Source: Lentisphaeria bacterium (GTDB lineage Bacteria > Verrucomicrobiota > Lentisphaeria > Oligosphaerales > CAITYL01). From it: DNA of 64,000 bases. Positions 19,745-28,573 of the stretch are shown piece by piece. The notes beneath the pieces were generated by a model, which had not been told where the DNA came from, did no database searches, and worked only from the letters and a program-made list of their open reading frames with translations. The stretch is from the NCBI GenBank assembly GCA_041648735.1, contig JBAZOO010000011.1, positions 13,540-77,539 on the forward strand. The letters are read 5' to 3'. Position 1 is the first letter of the stretch. Every line of letters starts with the position of its first letter. Both the position numbers and the translations under genes were made by a program.

Positions 19745-19780
19745 AGGTGAGAAAAGGTGAATAAAGGGGCGATTAGGTGA
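19745..19780 (+). promoter_or_regulatory. four direct boxes at exact 10-bp phasing (AGGTGA, AGGTGA, AGGGGC, AGGTGA): candidate MraZ operator
   Basis: Boxes start at 19745, 19755, 19765 and 19775, between the promoter candidate and the mraZ start. The last box contains the GTG start. Confidence 0.45.
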
Positions 19781-20292
19781 AAACGGCGCGGCCAACCACC
19801 ACCACGGACAACGGCGAACGCTGGTTCCTCGGCGATGCGGAAGGCACCGTCGATTCCCAGCGGCGCGTCGCCATCCCCAGCACTTGGCGCGACCCGGAAC
19901 CGGCCGCCAACCGCTTCGTCCTCCTCCCCGGCCGCCATGGCGCGCTCCAGCTCCTGCCCCTGCCCATGTTCACCACCCTCATCCAGAAACTGCGCCAGGT
20001 CTCCTTCGCCGACCCCCAGGCCGCCCTCGCCCTCGCCCACATCGGTTCGGTCGCCGCCGACTGCCAAGCCGACAAGCAGGGGCGGATCCTGCTCACCCCC
20101 AAACTGATGGCCCACGCCGGCATCGCCGACCGGCTCCGGCTCGTCGGCGCCGTCACCCACATCCAGCTCTGGACCCCCGAGGCTTGGGAAAAGCAGAAGA
20201 TGGAGCCCGACCGCTGCCTGGACGTCATCAAGGCCCTCCAGGAACGCCCCGGCCCCCTGGCCGAAACCCTCGCCGGCCTGATCGGCAAGTGA
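19777..20292 (+). CDS. mraZ: transcriptional regulator MraZ
   Basis: Two SpoVT/AbrB-like halves (..VDSQRRVAIPSTWR.. and ..ADKQGRILLTPKL..). Lies immediately upstream of rsmH. GTG start. Confidence 0.85.
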   Translation: MKTARPTTTTDNGERWFLGDAEGTVDSQRRVAIPSTWRDPEPAANRFVLLPGRHGALQLLPLPMFTTLIQKLRQVSFADPQAALALAHIGSVAADCQADKQGRILLTPKLMAHAGIADRLRLVGAVTHIQLWTPEAWEKQKMEPDRCLDVIKALQERPGPLAETLAGLIGK

Positions 20293-20320
20293 ATCCTGAA
20301 CCCTGAACCCTGAACCCCAC
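20293..20320 (+). repeat. intercistronic spacer made of a CCTGAAC x3 tandem heptamer
   Basis: atCCTGAACCCTGAACCCTGAACcccac fills the whole mraZ-rsmH gap. Confidence 0.7.
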
Positions 20321-21355
20321 ATGACCGAGTTCGAACACATCCCCGTCCTCCTCCAACCGGTGCTGGAACTGCTCCGCCCCGAAGGCTGCCGCCGCCTGGT
20401 CGACGGCACCCTCGGCGGCGCCGGCCATGCCGCCGCCCTCCTGGCGGCCGCCCCGGCGGACGCGGAACTGCTCGGCAGCGACCGCGACGACGCCGCGCTC
20501 GCCGCCGCCCGCGCCCGCCTCGCGCCCTTCGCCCCGCGTGTCCACCTTGTCCGCGGCAGCTATGCCCAAATGGCGGAGTTCGCCGCGGCGCTGGGCTGGG
20601 AAGACGCGACGGTGGATGCGATCCTGCTCGACCTCGGCGTCTCCTCCCCCCAGATCGACACCCCCGACCGCGGCTTCGCCCACCGCTTCGACGGGCCGCT
20701 GGACATGCGCATGGACCGCCGCCAGCGCCTCACCGCCGCCACCCTCCTGAACCACACCCCGGAAGCGGAACTCGCCCGCATCTTCCGGGAGTATGGCGAG
20801 GAACCCCAGGCCCGGCGGCTCGCCCACGCCATCGTCGAACGCCGGGAACGGCAACCTTGGGAACGGACCGCCGAACTGGCGGCGCTGGTCGGGAAGGTTG
20901 CCGGCCGGCCCTTCCAGCGGGGGCTGCCCGCCGCCACCCGCGTCTTCCAGGCCCTGCGCATCGCCGTCAATGGCGAGCTGGCGGAGCTGCGGGCCGGACT
21001 GGCCGCCGCCCTCCGCCTGCTCCGCCCCGGCGGCCGCCTCGCCGTCATCAGCTTCCACTCGCTCGAAGACCGGATCGTCAAGGAATTCATCCGCCACGAA
21101 GCCCTCTCCTGCGTCTGCCCCCCCGGCCTGCCCGTCTGCGTCTGCCAGAAGCAGGCGACCCTGCGGCCGGTGACGAAAAAGCCGGTCACGGCCGCCGCCG
21201 CCGAGCTGGCCGCCAACCGCCGGGCCGCCCCCGCCAAGCTCCGGGTCGCCGAGCGCCTGCCCGTGGCCGCCGCCCCGGCACCATCCCTTTCCCGCCAACC
21301 CTCCACTCCCCGCCCACCCCCGGAACGCCGGGCCGGAACCCCAACCCCGCCATGA
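20321..21355 (+). CDS. rsmH: 16S rRNA (cytosine1402-N4)-methyltransferase
   Basis: HIPVLL...DGTLGGAGH...DLGVSSPQID...ISFHSLEDRIVK motifs. Confidence 0.92.
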   Translation: MTEFEHIPVLLQPVLELLRPEGCRRLVDGTLGGAGHAAALLAAAPADAELLGSDRDDAALAAARARLAPFAPRVHLVRGSYAQMAEFAAALGWEDATVDAILLDLGVSSPQIDTPDRGFAHRFDGPLDMRMDRRQRLTAATLLNHTPEAELARIFREYGEEPQARRLAHAIVERRERQPWERTAELAALVGKVAGRPFQRGLPAATRVFQALRIAVNGELAELRAGLAAALRLLRPGGRLAVISFHSLEDRIVKEFIRHEALSCVCPPGLPVCVCQKQATLRPVTKKPVTAAAAELAANRRAAPAKLRVAERLPVAAAPAPSLSRQPSTPRPPPERRAGTPTPP

Positions 21356-21771
21356 TGAACGAAGCCGTCCGCAACCGCCGCTACCGCAACCACCCCCGGG
21401 CCCTGCAGGTGAAAACCAGCAAGGGGCCGCACCCCCTCGCCGTCCGCTTCGGCATTCTCCTGCTGATGGTGCTGGCCGGCGGGATCTGCCACGTCTGGGT
21501 CACGGACTCCATCGAGAAGCGGGAGCGCGAACTCCGCAACCGCCAGAACCTCTTCGCCGACAACAGCCGCGAGATCGAGAACATCAAGCTCGACCTGGAG
21601 AGCCGGCGCACCTCCGAGTACATTTTCGCCGAAATCGAGAAACGCCGGCTCGGCCTCCGCCCCGCCGAAGCCGGCCAGCGCCGGATCGTGCGCCGCCGGC
21701 CGCTGCCACGCCTGGAATTGCCGGAGGACGAGTCGCTGCCGCGGCTGGACGAGGCCGGCTCCGGCATCTGA
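21352..21771 (+). CDS. small bitopic membrane protein in the FtsL position
   Basis: ATGA overlap with the rsmH stop. One TM helix (FGILLLMVLAGGICHVWV) followed by a coiled-coil-like segment. Assignment is by position only. Confidence 0.5.
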   Translation: MMNEAVRNRRYRNHPRALQVKTSKGPHPLAVRFGILLLMVLAGGICHVWVTDSIEKRERELRNRQNLFADNSREIENIKLDLESRRTSEYIFAEIEKRRLGLRPAEAGQRRIVRRRPLPRLELPEDESLPRLDEAGSGI

Positions 21772-21868
21772 CTCCCCGCCCCCGCCGCCCGGGCGGCGGC
21801 AAGGAACTCAAGGGAGAGGAGGAGCTTCAGGACGGCTGGCGTCCCTGGGGAGCCCCTGGCGCGGGGGC

Positions 21869-22864
21869 TCAGCCCTCGGCTGGCAGCACCGGTGCCGGCA
21901 TCTCCGGCGGTGGAACCGCCGCGGCCGCCGGCTCCAGCGCCGGCCGCAGCTCCGGCTCCAGCGCCTTCAGGAACTCCAGGCTGAAGAGGCGGAAGAAGAC
22001 CGTCACCGGCAAGAGCAGCACGGCGCCAAGATAGGGCAGGGCCAGCAGGCAGCCGGCGATGCAGCAGGTCACCAGCACGGCGGCGAGGATCGCCACGCCC
22101 GCCAGCAGGCCGAGCAGGAAGTGGGCGAGGAGGAAGGCGACGACGGCCGACCAGCGGCCCCGCAGCATCGCCAGCGTCCCGCGCCAGGCCTCCAGGCACC
22201 CCTGGCGCAGGGCGAACATGCGGGGGATGACGAACGCCTCCAGCAGGGAGGCAACCACCCCCAAGGCGAAGGCCGCCGTCACCACCAGCAGCAACAGCGG
22301 CAGCAGGCTCATGACCAGCGCCAGCGGCTCCGGTTTGCCGCCGCCGCGGATCAGCGGCAGCAGCGGCAGGATGCCGATCCCGATGGCGGCCAGAACCAGG
22401 AACAACGCCACCACGGTGAAACCGATGCGCCAGAGCATCAGGGAGCGGGCCTCGGCCCGGTATTCGCGCCAGGGAATGCCGATGCGCGGTTCGCCCGTCA
22501 CCACATTGTCGAGGAACATGAACTTGCCGCGCGAGCTGAGCCAGAGCAGGAGCAGCCACAGCCCCACCCCGACCCCCACCGCCAGCAGCGCCAGGAGAAG
22601 CACCAGGGCGAGATGCTCGCCGCACCAGTGGCCGAAGCGCTGGAACGGTTCGGCGGCCGCGCCGGCCCGGCCGCCGCGGCCGCCGCGCCCCCCGCCAGGC
22701 AGGTTGAAGTTGCAGCCGCCGTCCGTCAAGGTGGCGAGCCAGGCGCAGAAGCCAAAGGTGAACCAGCGATAGGCCTCGAACGGCTGGAACAGCAGCCGCT
22801 TCATGCCGGCCCACGCCTGGCGGGCGCAGTCCCAACCGAGCCGCCAGAAATCGCTGAAGGCCAT
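21869..22864 (-). CDS. hypothetical multi-pass membrane protein
   Basis: Several long hydrophobic helices. Start at ATG 22864 (MAFSDFW...). No family recognised. Confidence 0.6.
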   Translation of the reverse strand: MAFSDFWRLGWDCARQAWAGMKRLLFQPFEAYRWFTFGFCAWLATLTDGGCNFNLPGGGRGGRGGRAGAAAEPFQRFGHWCGEHLALVLLLALLAVGVGVGLWLLLLWLSSRGKFMFLDNVVTGEPRIGIPWREYRAEARSLMLWRIGFTVVALFLVLAAIGIGILPLLPLIRGGGKPEPLALVMSLLPLLLLVVTAAFALGVVASLLEAFVIPRMFALRQGCLEAWRGTLAMLRGRWSAVVAFLLAHFLLGLLAGVAILAAVLVTCCIAGCLLALPYLGAVLLLPVTVFFRLFSLEFLKALEPELRPALEPAAAAVPPPEMPAPVLPAEG

Positions 22865-22913
22865 CTGGGGATCCCTCCTTGCCACCGCCCACCGCCCGCC
22901 CGTGCCGGCCGGC

Positions 22914-23144
22914 TCAGTCCATGACGCGTTCCACTTCGATGTCCGCGCTGACCTGTTCGCGCAGGATGCGCTCGATGCCGTTCTTCAGCGTCATCGTGGC
23001 GTGCGGGCAGCAGCCGCAGGCGCCCTGGAGCCGGAGCTTGACCTTGGTCCCGGCCACGTCCACCACTTCCAAATCCCCGCCATCCGCCTGCAAGTGGACG
23101 CGGAGCTTCTCCAACATTTCACGAATCGAGGTTTCGAGTTCCAT
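22914..23144 (-). CDS. NifU C-terminal-domain (Nfu-type) Fe-S cluster protein
   Basis: ...ADGGDLEVVDV..KVKLRLQGACGCCPHATMTLKNGIERILRE... contains the CxxC motif. Confidence 0.8.
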   Translation of the reverse strand: MELETSIREMLEKLRVHLQADGGDLEVVDVAGTKVKLRLQGACGCCPHATMTLKNGIERILREQVSADIEVERVMD

Positions 23145-23238
23145 GGCAGCGGCCTTCCGTTCTGGCGGCGTCCAGCCGCCGGGTTGTCCTGAATCAGCCA
23201 TACTGTAATCCCTGATTCCGCGCCGGGCGGCGGCCGGG

Positions 23239-24381
23239 CTACGGCCGGGCTTCGGCCCGGCGGAGCTGGTCCAGCCGCTTGAACAGGTCGGTCACGGTCG
23301 GGAATGGCCGCAGCCATTCGCCCGTGCGGAGCTGGTCGGCCGGCAGCAACAAGGCCGCGACCCCTTCCCGGTACAAGGCGGGGGCGATCGCCTGCCGCCG
23401 GAGCAGCTTCTCCGCCCATGTCGCCGCCTGGGCCGGATTGCCGCGGAGGTGGGCGACCCGGGCGCGCAGGAGCAGGCCGGAAGCGGTGGTGGAGGTGGGC
23501 GGCAGCGCCAGCCGCGCAATTTCGTTGCGGGTGCGGTCGGTGAAGCTCGGCCAGGCGCGGGCCAGGGCGACTTCGAGGCCGGCGCCGAGGTCGGGATCGG
23601 CCAACAGCGTTTCGGCGCGGCCACGGTCCGTGGCGGCCAGCGCCTCCAGGTCGGCGGCGGTGCTGGCCAGCAGGTGGTGCCGGGCGCGCTCCAGCCGGGC
23701 GTCGTCCAAGGCCAGTTCGCGGATCGGGGCGGCCAGGTCATTGAGCCGCGGCTCGCCGGCCAGCAGCCCGCGGTCGTAGGCGGCCACGAGCTGGCGGTAG
23801 CGCTGGCAGGCTTCCCGCCGCTTGAGGTCGGCGAGGGTGCGCCGCTCGCCGGCCAGCCACTCCTGGTAGCGGGGCGCGGCCGCCAGCGGCGCGGCATAGG
23901 CCAGCAGCGCGTTGAGTTCAGCTTCCGCCTGGACGCTGGCCGCAAACGGCAGCCGGCGGCGGTAGCGCTCCACGGCCTGCAAGGCGGAAACCAGGTCAAG
24001 GGCCTGGGTCAGCTCCGGCTGCACCGCCAGCTCCTTTTGAGTCAGCCGCAGCAAACGCTCCGCTTCGTCGAGCCGGCCACTGAGCAACAGACGGCGGGCG
24101 CCCTCCAGGCGGATGGCCAGCAGGTTGCGGTCGCGCATCCGGACGAAACTGTCCTGCCCCGGATGCAGGTCCAGGAGCCGCCGGGCGGCGTGGTCGGCGG
24201 CCTGGAGGTCGTTTTGCCCCAGCGCCTGGAAAAAGTCCCGAGTCACCTGTGCGGTCAGGTGGTCGGCCGCGGGCGGGGGCGCCCGGCGGCAGCCGGCGAG
24301 GCCGGCCGGGAGCAGGAGCAGGGCCACCGCCCAGAGGTGCGGCAGCCAGGTTCGGCAGGCTTGGTCTATTGCTTTCTGCAT
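23239..24381 (-). CDS. hypothetical lipoprotein, helical-repeat-like
   Basis: LLLLPAGLAGC lipobox, then an Ala/Leu/Arg-rich helical sequence. No family recognised. Confidence 0.6.
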   Translation of the reverse strand: MQKAIDQACRTWLPHLWAVALLLLPAGLAGCRRAPPPAADHLTAQVTRDFFQALGQNDLQAADHAARRLLDLHPGQDSFVRMRDRNLLAIRLEGARRLLLSGRLDEAERLLRLTQKELAVQPELTQALDLVSALQAVERYRRRLPFAASVQAEAELNALLAYAAPLAAAPRYQEWLAGERRTLADLKRREACQRYRQLVAAYDRGLLAGEPRLNDLAAPIRELALDDARLERARHHLLASTAADLEALAATDRGRAETLLADPDLGAGLEVALARAWPSFTDRTRNEIARLALPPTSTTASGLLLRARVAHLRGNPAQAATWAEKLLRRQAIAPALYREGVAALLLPADQLRTGEWLRPFPTVTDLFKRLDQLRRAEARP

Positions 24382-24440
24382 TTTCCCATTCACATTAAGA
24401 TGGTTCGCCCAACATAACCTACGGTGGAGCAAATCCCAAC

Positions 24441-25178
24441 ATGGTGACGCGGATTGACCAGCGCCTGCCGGCCGACCTCCGGCCGGTGGAATTCCTGCCC
24501 CATTTCCAGAGGTACCCCCACGGTTCGGTGCTGGTCAGCTTCGGCGCGACCCGGGTGATCTGCTCGGTCTCCGCCGTGCCCGGCATCCCGCGCTGGATGA
24601 AGGAACAGGGGAAGGCGGGCGGCTGGCTGACGGCCGAATACGCCATGCTGCCCGGCGCCACCGCGGACCGCTGCCCCCGGGAGGGCGGCCGCGGCGGCCC
24701 CTCCGGCCGCAGCCAGGAAATCCAGCGGCTGGTCGGCCGCAGCCTGCGGGCCGCGGTGGACCTGGAAAAGCTCGGCGACCACACTCTCCACGTCGATTGC
24801 GACGTGCTCGACGCCGACGGCGGCACCCGCTGCGCCGCCATCACCGGCGCCTCCGTGGCGCTGGAGCTGGCCCTGCGCCAGCTCCAGGCCGCCGGCGAGC
24901 TGAAGGAATGGCCCTTGCGGGAGCACGTGGCCGCCGTCAGCGTCGGCATTGTCGCCGGCGAGCCGGCGCTGGATCTCTGCTACGCCGAGGATTCCGCCGC
25001 GGCCGTGGACATGAACGTGGTCATGACCGCCGGCGGCCGCTTCGTCGAGGTGCAGGGCACCGCCGAAGGGGAGCCATTCGACGAGGAGGAGATGCAGGCC
25101 ATGCTGGCGCTGGCCCGGCGCGGCCTGGCGGAGCTGTTCGCGCGGCAACGGCAGGCGCTGGCCGCCGCCGCGGACTGA
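24441..25178 (+). CDS. rph: ribonuclease PH
   Basis: ...GSVLVSFGATRVICSVS...AEYAMLP...GRSQEIQRLVGRSLRA...DCDVLDADGGTRCAAITGA... Confidence 0.92.
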   Translation: MVTRIDQRLPADLRPVEFLPHFQRYPHGSVLVSFGATRVICSVSAVPGIPRWMKEQGKAGGWLTAEYAMLPGATADRCPREGGRGGPSGRSQEIQRLVGRSLRAAVDLEKLGDHTLHVDCDVLDADGGTRCAAITGASVALELALRQLQAAGELKEWPLREHVAAVSVGIVAGEPALDLCYAEDSAAAVDMNVVMTAGGRFVEVQGTAEGEPFDEEEMQAMLALARRGLAELFARQRQALAAAAD

Positions 25179-25182
25179 CCCC

Positions 25183-25230
25183 GAGATTTCCGATTCCCAA
25201 AGTTCGCCGTTCAAAGTTCAAAGTTCATTC
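25183..25230 (+). repeat. low-complexity G-poor leader (..GATTTCCGATTCCCAAAGTTCGCCGTTCAAAGTTCAAAGTTCATTC..)
   Basis: It lies in the gap between the rph stop and the next gene, and contains CAAAGTT tandem units. Confidence 0.6.
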
Positions 25231-25274
25231 GCTGTTTGCCCCCTCCCCCCCACTTCCCCTGGAAGGAGCCCCCC

Positions 25275-25844
25275 ATGATGCCCGCCTGGATCCGCACCCT
25301 CGCCACTGCCCTGGCCATCCTGGCCACCGTCCCCGCCTTGCACGCCCAGAAGCCGCCGCCCCAGGAAGCCGCCGCCGAGGGCAAGAGCGGAATGGTCGCC
25401 CTCCCCTGCGGCCTCGCCAAAGGCTTCACCACCACTGCCGCCCGGCCGTTCCGCAAGATTGATTCCGCCTTGCGCGACGGCAAGACCGAGATCGAAGAGG
25501 CCGCCCTTGACCGGGGCGAGGCCGAGGATCGCCCGCCACCGCCCGGCCGCCGCTACGCCATCGTCCGCGTTGCCCTCAAGGCCGGCCGCAGCCTCAGCCG
25601 CTACGACTACGCCTTGCGGATCGGCGACGCCACCTACGACGCGCTGGCGGTGACCCCCACCCGCTCGGCCTTCGATGAGCGGCTGGTCAAGGTCGCCCGC
25701 GGCTTGCAGGAGAAGCAGCCCAAGGAGGCCGACCTGATCTTCCTGGTGCCCAGCGACACCCGCGACGCGCTGCTCGTCCCGGCGCTCCCCATGACCCTGC
25801 CGCCGGAACCCCAGAAGCTGCCCTTGCCAGCGCTGAAAGATTGA
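25275..25844 (+). CDS. hypothetical secreted protein
   Basis: GGAAGGAG SD 6 nt upstream of ATG 25275. Signal peptide MMPAWIRTLATALAILATVPALHA. Confidence 0.6.
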   Translation: MMPAWIRTLATALAILATVPALHAQKPPPQEAAAEGKSGMVALPCGLAKGFTTTAARPFRKIDSALRDGKTEIEEAALDRGEAEDRPPPPGRRYAIVRVALKAGRSLSRYDYALRIGDATYDALAVTPTRSAFDERLVKVARGLQEKQPKEADLIFLVPSDTRDALLVPALPMTLPPEPQKLPLPALKD

Positions 25845-25846
25845 GC

Positions 25847-26764
25847 ATGCCTGCCGAAACCGCCCCCGCCGCCCGCCCCGCCGGAGCTTGGCTGGTGGAC
25901 AGCGCCTTCTTCCTCGCGGGGCGCCTGCCCTGGCGCGCCACCGGCTGGCTTGGGCGCGGCCTGGGCTGGCTCCTGGACGGCATCCTCCGCTTCCGCCGCC
26001 GCTTCGTCGAGGAGCAGCTCCGGCTGGCCTTTCCGGAACTGGCCGCCGCCGAGCGCGCCGGCCTCCGCCGCCGCTTCTACCGCCATTTCGGCCGGCTGGC
26101 GGCCGAACTGCTGCGGCTCCCCTCCTTGGGCACGGCGGAACTGCGCCGCCGCACGGTGATCGAGGGGGAGGGGCATCTCCAGGCCGCGCTGGCCCGCGGC
26201 AAAGGCGCCTTCATCCTCGCCGCCCACCTCGGCAACTGGGAGATCGGCCTGGCCACCGCCGCCTGCCGCGGCATCAACCTGGAAACCGTGGTGAAGGAGG
26301 TCAAGGGTGCCCTTGGCCAGTATGCCATCGACCGCATCCGCGGCGCCCACGGCGTGCGCACCATCCCCCGCCGCAACTCCGCCTTCCGCATCCTCCGCCA
26401 GCTCCGGGCCGGCGGCCTGGTCGGCTTCGTGCTCGACCAGAACATGACCGCCGACGAAGGGGTCTTCGTCGAGTTCTTTGGCCGGCCCGCCTGCACCATG
26501 CCCGGCCTGGCCGTGCTCGCCAGCCGCCACGGCACCCCCGTCATCCCCATCCAATTCTGGCGCGACGAGGCCGGCGGCGGCACCTTCCATGCCCGCTTCC
26601 ACCCGGAAATCCCCTGGGAGGCGACCGGTGCCGGCGCGGAGGCCGACGTGCGCCACAACACCGCCCGCTACACCCGCCAGATCGAGGCGCTGATCCGCGA
26701 ACGTCCCGAGCAGTGGCTCTGGCTGCACAAGCGCTGGAAGACCCGCCCGCCACCGCCGCGGTGA
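25847..26764 (+). CDS. lipid A biosynthesis (Kdo)2-lipid IVA acyltransferase-family protein (LpxL/HtrB-like)
   Basis: ...GAFILAAHLGNWE...VLDQN...FFGRPACTMPGLAVLA...PEQWLWLHKRWK is typical of the family. Confidence 0.8.
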   Translation: MPAETAPAARPAGAWLVDSAFFLAGRLPWRATGWLGRGLGWLLDGILRFRRRFVEEQLRLAFPELAAAERAGLRRRFYRHFGRLAAELLRLPSLGTAELRRRTVIEGEGHLQAALARGKGAFILAAHLGNWEIGLATAACRGINLETVVKEVKGALGQYAIDRIRGAHGVRTIPRRNSAFRILRQLRAGGLVGFVLDQNMTADEGVFVEFFGRPACTMPGLAVLASRHGTPVIPIQFWRDEAGGGTFHARFHPEIPWEATGAGAEADVRHNTARYTRQIEALIRERPEQWLWLHKRWKTRPPPPR

Positions 26765-26822
26765 CCGCTGGCGGCATGGCGGCGGCGCATGCGCGCCGCC
26801 CCTGCCGCGTCGGGAAGCCCGG

Positions 26823-27890
26823 TCAGCCCTGGCGCAGGCGGCGGACGATGTCGTCGCCGACCTGGCTGGTGGTGGCGGTGCCGCCGAGGTCCGGGGTGAC
26901 GCAGCGGCCGTCGCTGACCGAGGCGAGGACGGCGGCCTCGATGCGGGCGGCGGCCTCGGGATGGCCGAGGAAGTCGAGCATCATGGCGACGCTGCGGATG
27001 GCGGCCAGCGGGTTGGCCAGCCCCTTGCCGGCGATGTCCGGCGCGGAGCCATGCACCGGCTCGAAGAGGGAGGGATGCTTCCGCTCGGGGTTGAGGTTGG
27101 CGCTGGGGGCGAGGCCGATGCTGCCGGCGATGGCGCCGGTGAGGTCGCTGAGGATGTCGCCGTACATGTTGGAGCAGACCAGCACGTCATAGTCCTGGGG
27201 GCGCTGGACGAGCTTCATGACCATGGCGTCGACGTAGACCTTGTCGAGCTGGATGTCGGGGTAGTCGCCCTTGATGTCGTCCAGCACCTGGTCCCAGAAG
27301 AGCATGCCGATCTTGAGGGCGTTGGACTTGGTGACCATGGTCAGACGCTTGCGCGGGCGCTGGCGGGCGAGGTCGAAGCCGTAGCGGAGGATGCGTTCGA
27401 CCCCCTTGCGGGTGTGGATGTTGGTCTGCAAGGCCATGCCGTCGGGGGTCTGCCCCTTGAAGAAGCCGCCGCAGGTGACGTATTCGCCTTCGGAGTTCTC
27501 GCGGACGATCACCAGGTCAATGTCCGCCGGCACGCGGCCGGCCAGCGGCGTCCGGACGTTGGGGAAGAGCTTGGCCGGGCGGACGTTGGCGTACTGGTCG
27601 AAGACCTGGCGCATCTCGATCAGCGGCTGCACGGAGATGTGGTCGGGCACTTGGGCGGGGAAGCCGAGGGCGCCGAGGTAGATGGCGGGGAATTCGGCGA
27701 GGATCTTCAGGTAGTCCGCGGGCACGCACTTGCCGGTCTGCGCCCAGTGGCGCTGGCCCCAGTCGAACTCGACCAGGTCCAGCTTGAAGCCGCCGAGGTC
27801 GGCGACGGCCTTGAGGGCGTTCATGGCTTCGGCGGTGACTTCGATGCCGATGCCGTCACCGGGATAGACGGCGATGCGATGCAGGGTCAT
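26823..27890 (-). CDS. tartrate dehydrogenase/decarboxylase-like enzyme (isocitrate/isopropylmalate dehydrogenase superfamily)
   Basis: IAVYPGDGIGIEV, VPDHISVQPL..R..FDQYANVRP, IVRENSEGEY and NMYGDILSD motifs. Closer to TtuC-type than LeuB by eye. Confidence 0.8.
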   Translation of the reverse strand: MTLHRIAVYPGDGIGIEVTAEAMNALKAVADLGGFKLDLVEFDWGQRHWAQTGKCVPADYLKILAEFPAIYLGALGFPAQVPDHISVQPLIEMRQVFDQYANVRPAKLFPNVRTPLAGRVPADIDLVIVRENSEGEYVTCGGFFKGQTPDGMALQTNIHTRKGVERILRYGFDLARQRPRKRLTMVTKSNALKIGMLFWDQVLDDIKGDYPDIQLDKVYVDAMVMKLVQRPQDYDVLVCSNMYGDILSDLTGAIAGSIGLAPSANLNPERKHPSLFEPVHGSAPDIAGKGLANPLAAIRSVAMMLDFLGHPEAAARIEAAVLASVSDGRCVTPDLGGTATTSQVGDDIVRRLRQG

Positions 27891-28264
27891 GGCGCGGTTC
27901 CTCGGGTTGGGGCGGCGGAAAAAGGGGTTGGAGCGGAAGCGCCAAATATACCACGCCGCCGCGCCGCCGCCGGCGCTCGAGTTCGCCGAGGTCGCCGAGG
28001 CGGGCCAGGGAGTTGTTCGTCGTGTCGGCGTGCGGCACTGCGGGGATCCCCTCCCCGGAGAGCGACGCCAGGCGGCGGCGGAACCCCTCGTTGCCCTCCT
28101 GGAACGCCCGGCGCGACTCCGCCAGCGTGCAGAGCATCAGCACCGCCATCAGCAGCAGTACCCTGGCCTCGTACTTTGCGAGTCAGCAGCGCGAACTAAT
28201 GAGACTCTTCACCGCTGGCGGGGCGCCGGGGGCTGCCGGGCCGCGGGGCGCCGGCGGCGCGCAG

Positions 28265-28573
28265 TCAGGCTTGCTGCATGGCTTCGCAGAGGTTCCGCAG
28301 GGCCATGTTCTGGATTTGGCGGATCCGTTCGCGGGTGAGGCTGTACTGGGTGGCGATGGCCTGGAGGGTCTTCGGGGGTTCGCCGGTGATCCCGTAGCGC
28401 ATGGTGATGACCGTGCGCTTGCGGTCGTCGAGCTTGTCCAAGTGCTGCAGCACCTGCTTGCCCAGTCCCGCGGCGGCGGCGGCGGGGGTCGTGGCCAGCG
28501 TTTGCAGCGCTTCGTGGATCTCGGTGGCGGAGAGTTTCGCTTTCTTGCCCATGGTGGGAATGGAACCTTTCAT
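28265..28573 (-). CDS. stand-alone sigma-70 region 4 (HTH) protein, paralogue of the C-terminus of the upstream sigma factor
   Basis: LDDRKRTVITMRYGITGEPPKTLQAIATQYSLTRERIRQIQNMALRNL aligns with LDTREKQILKMRFGLDGEPPRTLEEVSTEVGRTRERIRQIQNLAMAKL of the neighbour. ATGA overlap with the sigma stop; ATG 28552 is an alternative start. Confidence 0.7.
   Translation of the reverse strand: MKGSIPTMGKKAKLSATEIHEALQTLATTPAAAAAGLGKQVLQHLDKLDDRKRTVITMRYGITGEPPKTLQAIATQYSLTRERIRQIQNMALRNLCEAMQQA

Noticed and set aside
27856-28149. 97-aa minus-strand ORF in the 375-nt gap upstream of the tartrate-dehydrogenase-like gene
   Set aside because: It shows some G/C third-position bias, but there is no recognisable domain and no SD, and its 3' end overlaps the neighbouring gene's 5' end. 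It may be a gene remnant, but the support is insufficient.
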